Made by a program: the position numbers and the translations under genes. DNA of 64,000 nucleotides from Geosiphon pyriformis uo1 (taxonomy: Eukaryota; Fungi; Glomeromycota), in the NCBI GenBank assembly GCA_016748015.1, contig JAAOMT010000760.1:296219-360218 (forward strand), written 5' to 3'. Below are positions 1 to 11,101 of this stretch, in pieces; positions within the stretch are counted from its first letter, which is position 1; each line of letters starts with the position of its first letter. A model generated the notes under the pieces. It searched no databases. It was given only the letters and a program-made list of their open reading frames with translations, and was not told the DNA's origin.

Positions 1-279
1 GTGAAGATTCAATTCTTTGTTTTTTCTACATTAGTAATTGTATTCCTTTTGGAGTTACTGCTGGTGTTTGTAGCTTTCCTTTATTCTTATCTGTATAAGT
101 AATGGAAAATTATTGTTGAGTGTATTTTTCAATTTCTTGATTAATTTCTCTAATGATTGGTGTGAAACTGTAATTTTGTGGTAAGCTGATGTATTGAATT
201 AATTCTGTGTAAAAATTTTCTCTTGTTGATTTAATGTCAACTGCTTTTTTTAGAAAATCTGTGATTCTTTTATTGACAT

Positions 280-1242
280 TGTTACTGGAGGTTTTTGGTC
301 TCTTTTCTTAAATGTTGTTGATGTTTGTTTGCTGTGGATTCCCGTTTTCTGGATGTGGTTGAACTTCCAGTAACTGAATTTATCTTCAAATTATCTTCTA
401 TAATTTGAACTGCTGGGCTTATAAGTGGAATGGCCAATTCCGTGCCAGTTACTTTGTATAGTTACATTGTAGTAAATGTCAACTCTTTCCCAAGAATTGC
501 TCATCTGGAAGCTCACTAAAAATGTATAGTTACTTTGCTGTGAAAGTTAACTTTTCTACAGGAATTCTCGTCTGTAGACTACTCAAAATGATTTATAATA
601 AGAAAAGAAAGAGAATAAAAGAAATGTAAAAGAAAAAGTAAAACTGATGATTTATGGAAGTTATTTCGGATCCAGGCCTGAAAGTGCTTTAACAGTCTAC
701 TGAAATTGGTAGCTAATCAATTTCAAACTGTTAGTAGGAATTGGTTAATTTTAAGGGAAATAATTAAGAATTTGGCTTTTCGAATTATTTGATATTTATT
801 TGTCTTTTGGGTGTAGAGAATTATTCTAATTGTTTAAATCTGAAGTAAAATACATTTTCTCAAAGAGAGACACTCTTTTTTTATACAACTTGTCATAACA
901 CTATTCTATGAACTCGAACTTTGCTATTTTCTACAATTTTGCTAAACTAAAGATATATTTCAGTAAACTACAAGTTATTTCTGTGAACTATTAGATATTT
1001 TGGTGAACTATCAATTATTTCGGCAAATTTCTACAAATTTCGGCAAACTTTTTGAATGTTACATAGTTCAGGGTATTGCATGATTAATCATCGCAATTAG
1101 GTTACATTTGTGTTATATACAAATTGGGTTATTAATTAAATGATAATTTCGGACATTTTGCTAATATAATAAGTGATAATTTGAAATGATAATATATGTT
1201 AATTAATGATGAGAATTATAATAATAATTTCATCTGGTAACA
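280..1242 (-). repeat. 3' LTR of A
   Basis: Near-identical to 18935-19921 and adjacent to the PPT. Has a ~25-bp deletion between short TAATTTC direct repeats near 1230. Confidence 0.93.
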
Positions 1243-1256
1243 TAACCTCTTCCTCA
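1243..1256 (-). promoter_or_regulatory. Polypurine tract of A
   Basis: Minus strand reads TGAGGAAGAGGTTA immediately before the 3' LTR. Confidence 0.85.
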
Positions 1257-1930
1257 AGACTGAGCTCCATCAAAGTCCAAATATTGTCTGTAATTTCCAG
1301 ATAATAATCCAAAATTATTGAAAAAATTTGGTCTGAAAATTGCTGAAATTTCAGTTCTGTGAGCTTTCCAATGTATTGAATCTTCAAAGGTTGTAAAATT
1401 GGGTTTTGTAGGACGTTTTTACAGGCATAAAATAGGTCATAAAGTTTAAGAGCAGTTCTTAGTTTATAATAACTGTTTGTAGGTCCAGCTGTTGTCTTGA
1501 ATTCATTGTGGAGTTGTTTCCAAATAGCTTCTTTTGTGAGGTTTGCTGCTGTAAGCTCCTGTTTTTGTTCATGAAGTGTTTTTTCAATGTAGAAATATTT
1601 ATATATAGGAGTATAGTCGTAGTTTTCTTCATTAAGATACAGTTAAAGTTTTTGTTGAATAGTAGCATTCAGTGGAATACTAATAGGAATGAGCATTAAG
1701 TTTTCTCTTAAAGCAAGCTTTAAAAGTTCTGGCAGGTAAATTCCAGAATAACTTCTTGTGTTCTTCTTATATGGGTGATATTTTCGTAAATTTGGGGCTA
1801 AATTTGTGACTACTTCTGTTTGGATATAATTAATGTGGTTTTCAGTAACAGTAATAGATAATTTGGGTATTGTTTTTAAAGCTAACATTAGTTTTTGGGA
1901 TAATTGTTGAATGTTTTAAGGAATAGTCAT
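1254..1930 (-). pseudogene. ORF3 of A (accessory protein of unknown function, decayed)
   Basis: Starts MTIP(Q)NIQQLSQKLMLALKTIPKLSITV and ends ...FDGAQS* at the PPT. Homologous to ORF3 of D, E and F. Confidence 0.7.
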
Positions 1931-2055
1931 TATAGGAGATTTGAAAATAAAAGAAAATTATTTTTGGTGTATGGGTTTTTTTTATATTGTTTTTGTTTTG
2001 TTTTTGTAAAATTGTTTCTAAATTATAAGAAGATAACTATAATAATAAATTTAAA

Positions 2056-3441
2056 TTAAGTGTTTAAGTTGGGAGGTTGTTCAATGACAACTATTGGTTC
2101 TAAATTCCAGGGAATATCTTTGGGATTGATTAAAGGGAAATGTGTGCCAATTTGTGGAATTAATGATTCAGGATTGTTTCTGGAATTATAGTGTTTTAAA
2201 CGATCTCCATGTGCAACTTTTGCTAGGATTTTGTCATCAAGTCTTAGCTTGTATAATCCATTGCCTAGAATTTCATGAATAAAGAATGGTCCATCTTATT
2301 TATTTTCAAATTTTCCACTCCATTGTTTTTCAGCTTTAGTTCTGTGTAAGAGAACTTTATTTCCAACTTTAAATTTGTTGGTAATAGGTGGTAATTTGTT
2401 GTTATGTCTTTCTTTTTGTTGAGCTTGAGAATGTTCAATATGAGTTGCTGCTATTCGTTGTTTTCTTTCTAATGTGCTAAGCAGAGTATAGGCTCTTCGT
2501 TGTAGTGTTTCCTGGAAATTGTTTTTATCGATTGGTTGTGCTGGGTATGTTTCTACTGTAAAACTAATTGGTAATATTGCTGTTCTTCCATAAGTTAAAT
2601 CAAATGGTGTGTGTTTTGTGGTATCTTGTTTTAGTGTTCTATATGCTAGTAAAACTGATGGAATAAAGATATTCCACTCTTGCTCAAAATTGGTTGAGAC
2701 TTTGGCTAATGATTCACACAATGTTCTGTTAAAATGTTCCACAAATCCATTTGTTTGTAGATGGTAGGGCAAAAACAGAGGTCTTTTGACATTGAATTGT
2801 TTGCAAATTTCTTGTATCAGGTTGTTTACAAAGTGTGTTTCCTGATCGAATAAAAGTTCAATTGAACATCCATGTCTACAAATGATGTCTTCATAGATGA
2901 AATTTGCTACTGATTTTACATCTGCTCATTGAATGGCTCTGGCTTTGGGCCATTTAGTAAGATAGTCTACAGCTACTACAATATAACAGTTTCCTTGAGT
3001 GGTGATAAATAGTGGTCTAACAAAATTGATACCAACTTGGTCGAAAGGTTGTCCAACTTTGATTGGATTTAATGGTTCAGTAAGGCGTGTTCCTCTTCTT
3101 TTTTGACAACTATCACAAGATTCAACATATTTGTGAATGTCTTTTTTCATTTGAGGCCAAAAGTAGTATTCTAGTGTTCTTTGGATGGTACTGTCTTTTC
3201 CGAAGTGTGCTGATGAAGAATCTGAGTGCATGTTGTATAATATAGTCTCTTTTTCTTGTTTTTGTATTAATCTAGGTGGTTTGTCTGGGTTTTTGAAATT
3301 TCGATGATAAATAATGTTGTTGTGTAGAAAATATTGTTTGGCTTGTTGTTGTAGTCAATGTTTTTCATTTGGAGACCAATTTGTTGGGATTGTTAATGTT
3401 TCCAAATATTGTTTGAGATTGTTGTAGTTTTCCGAATTCAT
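2056..3441 (-). pseudogene. int: Integrase ORF of A (separate ORF)
   Basis: Start MNSENYNNLKQYL, HHCC zinc finger (H..H..CDSC), rve core (VAVDYLTKWP, PYHxQTNGxVE), GPF-type C-terminus; 462 codons in one frame with decay stops. Confidence 0.9.
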
Positions 3442-3492
3442 TGTTTGTTGGCTGTTTTGGTTGGTTAAGTTGAGTGTTGGTTTTTGTGTTTT

Positions 3493-6400
3493 CTAATCTT
3501 GTCTCATTCTGAAGAGACAGTTAACATTGGTGTGAAGTTTTCCTGGTTTGTAATGTACTATGTATCGATAGTTTGCTAGAAATTCTGTTCATTGGGTTTG
3601 TTTTGTGTTCAGCTGGTATTTTTGTTCTAAAGCCATTTGAGTCCAATATTATCAGTGATAATATCAAATTTTTTAGATCTGAGTTAAAGGTTGAAGTGGT
3701 GTAGGGCCCAGATTATGGCTGCTGTTTTTAGTTCTGTGGCAGGGTAGTTTTTCTTGGCTGGTTTTAATGTTCTGCTAGCATAAGCGATTACTCGCTCATT
3801 TCCGTTGTCATCTAATTGTGATAAGATGGCACCAAAGACAGTATAAGAGGCATCTGTTGCTAATCAGAATCAGTTGCTGAAATCTGGGTAGGTGAGAATT
3901 AGAGCTGTCATTAGTTTTTCTTTGAGGATTTCAAATGCATTTTGGCATTCAGCAGTCTATTTGTATTCGATGTTTTTGGTGGTAAGCTGGTTGAGAGGTT
4001 TTGTGATTTCTGAGAATTCTTTGATAAACTTCTGATAGTAGGAGGCTAACCCTATAAATCCTCTTAGTTCTGTAGTGTTTCAAGGAGTTTTGAAGTTTTT
4101 GACAGTGCTGATTTTTCCAGGATCTGGTTTGATTCCATCTTTACTAACAATATGACCAAGGAAGACCAAGCTTGTTTTTCCAAAGTAGCATTTTTTGATG
4201 TTGAGTTTTAGTCCTGCTTTTTGTAATCATTGAAAAACTTCTCACAGGTGTTTTAAGTGTAATTCGAATGATGGAGAATAAACATCAATATTATCAAGAT
4301 AAATGACTACTGATTTCCAAAGGAGCCCTTAGTACACAACATCTATTAATCTCTGAAACATTGCTGGTACATTGCATAATCCAAAGGGCATTACATTGAA
4401 CTCGTAATTTCTGCCTTGGGTGGTAAATGCTGTTTTGGGACGATCTTTGGGATCCATAGCAACTTGCCAGTAACCGCTTTCTAAATCTAATGTTGAAAAG
4501 TATTTGGATTTTCCAAGAGCATCTAACATGTTATCAATTCAGAGAATGGAGTAGGCATTTCCAATTGTAACACTATTGAGTTGTTGATAGTCAACACAAA
4601 ATTGTATTTTTCCATTTTTCTTTTTAACTAGCACTACAGGTAAAGCCCAAGGACTTATGGAGGGTTGAATGAGCCCATTATTAAGCATTTGTTGTATTTC
4701 TTCTTGGATGAATTGGTGGCTTTCTGGAGCAACTCGATATGCTTGTTGTCTTCTTGGTTTGGCATCTCCTGTATAAATTTGGTGTTGGACCAAATTGGTT
4801 CTTCCTAAGTCATTGTTGTTTTCGGCAAAGATATCAGCAAATTCTGCAATTAGTTCTTTGAGCTGGTTTTGTTGTTGTGGTTCAAGTTGTCTCATGTTGA
4901 TTCGAGATAGTTTTTCCATGACAACATGATAGTTTTCAGAGCTAGGGTTTGGGTTGATTTTTGGTAGTGAATGTCCAATGATTTCCGAAAAATTGAGAAC
5001 TGTCTGGGGTAGTTCTTGTTGAAAGATGTTACTGTAAATAACTCCAATTTCTAAGTTATTTAATAGAACTATGAGGTAATTGTTGGGATTGTAAAAAATA
5101 CCTTGGACTTTCTTTGTTTCTTCTGAAATATAAATGTTTGGGATCAAAATATTATGTTCTAAGCAGACTTGTTCATTGGACTCAAAAATTTGTTGTGTGG
5201 TTGTTGGCTTTGGGCAGGTGTAGATTTCTGGATGTTCTCCAAAGAGTGAGATAGTAATTGGTTGTGGAAGTCTGAGAATCTGGTGGGATTCATTTTGTGT
5301 GTTAAGAGCTATATTAACTAGAACTGTGAATCATCCAGTTGAACCAAAATCTTGGGTTCCTCTATCACTTTTTCCTAATTGTTCTCTTTGATTGACTAGT
5401 TGCAAACCCAAAATGTTAATTAGGGATAAGTAAATAGCTTGAACAATTTTTTCAGCATGGTTGATCTTGAATGATTTGTCAGTTTTATTTTGAAGCATCA
5501 CTGTAATGTCTCCCATATATCCAGCATCAATTATTCCTCCTTTAACATTGATTCCTTTGCTTGCCAGAGAGGACCAGAAGGCAATTTGAACTATTGCTTC
5601 TGGTGGGATTTTGAGTGCAATTTTGAGGTTGATTTTTGTGAGAGATTTGGGTTTGAGAACAAGAGTATTCTTGTCTGGATATCTTAGGTCATATCCAGCA
5701 TTAATGTCATATGCTTTTTCGGGTTTTATTCCTTGTCTGTTGTTGTTAAAGTATTTAAGTTGTAAGGCAGGCTGACTTTTGATAAGATAGATGGGTGTTG
5801 TTTCAATATCTTCTGTTGTTTCAGGTTCTCCAAATTCAATTTTGTTTTCATTGTTTTCACTGGGCAGGGGAATGTTAAGAGCATAGCATTCAGGGCACCA
5901 TTGCTTATCGCAGGGCATTATGCATTCTTCACACAATTTAATGTTCATTTGCTCTAGCCATTGAGCTTGAGCTTCTTTGGTTGGGTAAGTGTAACTGGCA
6001 ATTTGGTGATATACTTCTACTTCATCTTCATAGTTGTATCCAGCAATTTCAAAGGTGTATGTAATGTATTCTGATTCTTTCATTTGACGAACATTTTCTT
6101 GAGTGGCTCCATTGATTAAAGCCATTGCTAGGTCAAAAATCATTTCGGCATCATGAGGGTAATGGTACAGTTTGTTGAGAGCACTGTTGTATGCTGCATC
6201 AAAGGGTATTCCTCTTTTTACTTTTTCTGAAATTGATAAAGCATATTGACAGGTCTGATCGCAGACTTCTCTTCTCATTGCTATATCAATCCAATTGCAT
6301 TTTTTTGGTAGTATATCTCCACAAGTCAAACAAGGGGTGTTGCCCTATTTTTCACTTCTTTTTATTAAATGGCCCTATCATTCTCTGTAACAAGCCTTGC

Positions 6401-7987
6401 AGTAATAACAAGTATGATTTTTATATTCTTCTTCAGGTGAAATGCAGGCTCCCATTGAGGAGAGTTTCTTGTGGCAGTCCTTGCATTTGAGTGGAATGTA
6501 GGGGCATTGTTTTTGTGGTTCTGGTTTTGAATAGGGGACATTCCATCCGGTTGTCATTGGTTCTTCTGTTTCAAGAGAATCATTTGTTGAAAAGTACTGT
6601 TGTTCAGTTTCATCAGCCCAATTGGAGGTTGATCCAAGTGCCATAAATGTTTCAATGATGGGCTTTTCTTCTTTTGGTTCGAATTTAAAAGCCAGGGCTT
6701 TTTCAGAATGTTTGTTGAATGTACCACAAGTGACAGGTACCCAGGAGTGTTGTCCTTGGTAGGAGATTGTTAACTCTTGTGTTTCCCAATTCAAATTAGC
6801 ATTGGCTTTTTGAAGCCAATCATTTCTGACAAAAGCTTGGTACTGGGGCGCGTCCATTACAAGAACTTTGACTGGAATAGTGATTCCATCAAGAGTGAAT
6901 GGAAAATTGTCAATTTCTCCTACTGGAGTCTTTTTCATGCCATCAGCAGTAACAATTACTGTTTGAGCTGGTCAGTTGACATTTCTCTTTAACTGTTGCA
7001 TTAACTGGTAGATAATGATGCTTCTGGCAGATCCACTGTCTAGGATCAAGCAAATTGCCTTTCCTTTGACTTCTGCTTCAGTGTACATAGCAGTGATTGC
7101 TTTTTGTTTGTTGGCAGCCGCATTGCTGAGCAGAAATGGTGACTCATTTGCTTCAAACTTAAAAGAGAATATGTCTAAAAGGTTGGCGTTTTCAGCAATT
7201 CTGGCTGGTGGGATTGTGGTAGAAGTATAGGAAGGGTTTTGTTGTCGTGCTGTAACTTTACCTTCCGAGAGTGCAGTATAGTGAAAATCCTGTTCTTCAG
7301 GTATTGTAAGATAGCTAGGTTGAGTATGATAATGGGTGGGTCTTGGCTGAGCTGGATTTTGGGGAACTAATTAGTTGTTTGAATTGATTTTATTGTTGTT
7401 TACTTGGTATCAGTTTTGTAGTGTAAATTGATTTTGTGGGATTAATCTTTGAGCAGGCACTTGATAATATTGTGTGGGTGGTTGTTGGTATTGCTGTTAA
7501 ATTGGCTGTGGAACAGGCTGATAATAGTTACTTTGATATTGGGGTCTTGGTAGATAGTAAGCTGGTGGTAATGGTTGATAATAAGATTGTTATGGTAGAG
7601 GGTAATATTGATTACTCTTATTTTGTTGGTCTCGTTGTAGCTTTCTGCAATCTCTTTTCCAGTGGCCAGGAATTCCACAGTAATGACAACTTTGAGGCTG
7701 GTTATTAGAGAGTAATGTGAAGTTGTTTTGATTCCGTCTTTGGGGTGGTTGATATCTTTGGGGTTGCTGTTGTTGTTGGTTGGTAAAATAGTTTTTGACT
7801 TTTTTTGCAAGTTGGTCAATTTTTTTTTCAGCTGCTGAGCTGGTTTCTCCAATGGCTAAGTTCACAAGTTTTGTACAATTGACTTCTTTCATGGCCATTT
7901 CATATCTCTTTGCATGCTGAATGGCAGAGTTTAAATCTTTTGGGGCATGTAGGCGAACTTTTTTAATCAGTTTATCCTTTAAACCAG
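3493..7987 (-). pseudogene. pol: Gag C-terminus-PR-Cys-rich domain-dUTPase-RT-RNase H of A
   Basis: CCHC knuckle CHYCGIPGHWKRDC, protease ILDSGSA, dUTPase motifs, RT (FSTLDLESGYWQV, MPFGLCN), RNase H (ATDAS, YASRTL, ITDNIGL). Confidence 0.92.
5331..5760 (-). pseudogene. dut: dUTPase domain of A
   Basis: Motifs AGYDL, SSLASKG, GGIIDAGY, EKIVQAI, RGTQDFGSTG. Confidence 0.9.
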
Positions 7988-8545
7988 TGTTACCAGAGGT
8001 TTTTGGTCTTTTTTCTTGAATGTTGTTAATGTTTGTTTGCTGTGAATTCACGTTTTCTGGATGTGGTTGAACCTCCAATAACTGAATTTATCTTCAAATT
8101 ATCTCCTATAATTTGAACTTACTGGGCTTATAAGTGGAATGACCAATTCCGTGCCAGTTGCTTTATGTAGTTACATTGTAGTAAACATCAACTCTTTCTC
8201 AGAAATTGCTTGTCTGAAAGCTCACTAAAAATGTGTAGTTACTTTGCTGTGAAAGTCAACTCTTCTACAGAAATCTTGTCTGTAGGCTACCCTAATGATT
8301 GTAATAAGAAAAGAAAAGAAAAATAAAAGAAATGTAAAAGAAATAGAATTCTGTCAAGGAAAACGTTTTCTATCCAGGCCTGGAGTCACTAACAGTTTAC
8401 TGAAATTGGTAGCTAATCAATTTCGAAATGTTAGTTGGGTTTTTGGGGGTTTTTCTAAGTACAATAATTAAAGAATTTGGTTTTTCAGATTATTTGATAT
8501 TTATTTCTTTTTGTGTATATAGGAATGGTTTTCAGAGATAAATCT
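7988..8545 (-). repeat. 3' LTR of B (partial, runs into assembly gap)
   Basis: Matches the first ~560 nt of 16767-17748. Confidence 0.9.
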
Positions 8546-9372
8546 NNNNNNNNNNNNNNNNNNNNNNNNNNNNNNNNNNNNNNNNNNNNNNNNNNNNNNN
8601 NNNNNNNNNNNNNNNNNNNNNNNNNNNNNNNNNNNNNNNNNNNNNNNNNNNNNNNNNNNNNNNNNNNNNNNNNNNNNNNNNNNNNNNNNNNNNNNNNNNN
8701 NNNNNNNNNNNNNNNNNNNNNNNNNNNNNNNNNNNNNNNNNNNNNNNNNNNNNNNNNNNNNNNNNNNNNNNNNNNNNNNNNNNNNNNNNNNNNNNNNNNN
8801 NNNNNNNNNNNNNNNNNNNNNNNNNNNNNNNNNNNNNNNNNNNNNNNNNNNNNNNNNNNNNNNNNNNNNNNNNNNNNNNNNNNNNNNNNNNNNNNNNNNN
8901 NNNNNNNNNNNNNNNNNNNNNNNNNNNNNNNNNNNNNNNNNNNNNNNNNNNNNNNNNNNNNNNNNNNNNNNNNNNNNNNNNNNNNNNNNNNNNNNNNNNN
9001 NNNNNNNNNNNNNNNNNNNNNNNNNNNNNNNNNNNNNNNNNNNNNNNNNNNNNNNNNNNNNNNNNNNNNNNNNNNNNNNNNNNNNNNNNNNNNNNNNNNN
9101 NNNNNNNNNNNNNNNNNNNNNNNNNNNNNNNNNNNNNNNNNNNNNNNNNNNNNNNNNNNNNNNNNNNNNNNNNNNNNNNNNNNNNNNNNNNNNNNNNNNN
9201 NNNNNNNNNNNNNNNNNNNNNNNNNNNNNNNNNNNNNNNNNNNNNNNNNNNNNNNNNNNNNNNNNNNNNNNNNNNNNNNNNNNNNNNNNNNNNNNNNNNN
9301 NNNNNNNNNNNNNNNNNNNNNNNNNNNNNNNNNNNNNNNNNNNNNNNNNNNNNNNNNNNNNNNNNNNNNNNN
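8546..9372. other. Assembly gap (N)
   Basis: 827 Ns, expected to hide the rest of the B 3' LTR, the PPT and most of ORF3. Confidence 0.99.
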
Positions 9373-9562
9373 TTCCAGAATAACTTCTTGTGTTCTTTTT
9401 ATATGAGTGATATTTTTGTGAATTTGGGGCTAAATTTGTAACTACTTCTGTTTGGGTATAATTAATGTGGTTTCCAGTAACAGTAATGGATAATTTGGGT
9501 ATTGTTTTTAAAGCTAACATTAGTTTTTGGGATAATTGTTGAATGTTTTGAGGAATAGTTAT
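9373..9562 (-). pseudogene. ORF3 of B (5' part)
   Basis: (M>I)TIPQNIQQLSQKLMLALKTIPKL, near-identical to A ORF3. Confidence 0.7.
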
Positions 9563-9667
9563 TATAAGAGATTTGAAATAAAAGAAAATTATTTTTGGTG
9601 TATGGGTTTTTATGTTATTTTTGTTTTGATTGTTTCTAAATTATAAGGAAATAACTAGTAAAATTAA

Positions 9668-11050
9668 TTAAGTGTTCAAGTTAGAAGGTTGTTCAATGAC
9701 AACTATTGGTTCTAAGTTTCGGGGAATATCTTTGGGATTGACTAAAGGGGAATGTATACCAATTTGTGAAATTAATGGTTCAGGATTGTTTCTGGAATGA
9801 TAGTGTTTCAAATGATCTCCATGTGCAACTTTTGCTAGGATTTTGTCATCAAGTCTTAGCTTGTATGATCCATTGCCTAGGATTTCATGGATAAAGAATG
9901 GTTCATCTCATTTATTTTCAAATTTTCTATTCCATTGTTTTTCAGCTTTAGTTCTATGTAAGAGAACTTTGTTTCTGATTTTAAATTCATTGGTGACTGG
10001 AGGCAATTTGTCATTATGCCGTTCTTTTTGTCGAGCTTGAGAGTGTTTAATATGGGTGGCTGCTATTTGTCATTTTCCTTCCAATGTCCTAAGTAGAGTG
10101 TAGGCTCTTTGCTAAAGCATTTCTTGAAAATTGTTTTCATCGATTGGTTGTGCTGGGTATGTTTCCACTATGAAACTAATTGGTAATGTTGCTGTCTTTC
10201 CATAAGTTAAATCAAATGGTGTGTTTTTTGTGGTATCTTGTTTTAGTGTTCTGTATGCTAGCAACACTGATGGAATAAAGATATCCCACTCTCGCTCAAA
10301 ATTGGTTAAGATTTTGGCTAATGACTCACACAATGTTCTGTTAAAACATTCCACAAGTCTATTTGTTTGTGGATGGTAGGGCAAAGACAGAGGTCTTTTG
10401 ATATTGAATTGTTCACAAATTTCTTGTATTAGGTTGTTCACAAAATGTGTCTTCTGATTAGATAAAAGTTCAATTGGACATCCATGTCTACAAATGATGT
10501 CTTCGTAGATAAAATTTGCTACTGATTTTGCATCTGCTCATTGAATGGCTCTGGTTTTGGGCCATTTAGTAAGATAGTCTACAGCTACTGCAATATAATG
10601 GTTTTCTTAAGTGGTAATAGATAGTAGTCCGACTAAATCGATACCAACTCGGTCAAAGGATTGTCCAACTTTGATTGGATTTAATGGTTCAGTAGGGCAT
10701 GTTTCTTCTCTTCTTTGACAACTATCACAAGATTCAACATATTTGTGAATGTCTTTTCTCATTTGAGGCCAAAAGTAGTATTCTAGTGTTCTTTGGGTGG
10801 TGCTATCTTTTTCGAAGTGTGCTAATGAAGGATTGAAGTGCATTTTGTATAATATGGTTTCTTTTTCCTGTTCTTGTATTAATCTGAGTGGTTTGTTTGG
10901 GTTTTTGAAATTTCGATGTTAAATAATGTTGTGTAGAAAATATTGTTTGGCTTGTTGTTGTAGTTAATGTTTTTCATCTGGAGACCAATCTGTTGGGATT
11001 GTTAATGTTTCCAAATATTGTTTGAGATTGTTGTAGTTTTCCGAATTTAT
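9668..11050 (-). pseudogene. int: Integrase ORF of B
   Basis: Collinear with A integrase; start decayed ATG>ATA. Confidence 0.9.
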
Positions 11051-11101
11051 TGTTTGTTGGCTGTTTTGGTTGGTTAAGTTGAGTGTTGGTTTTTGTGTTT
11101 T

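Noticed and set aside
5490-7708. Short antisense or alternate-frame ORFs over gag/pol (also 27952-28100, 45498-45830, 55690-56328)
   Set aside because: Shadow ORFs of codon-biased, Gln/Pro-rich TE coding sequence with no independent motifs.
8501-9520. Long ORFs 8501-9520 and 8513-9406
   Set aside because: Artefacts of reading through the N gap.
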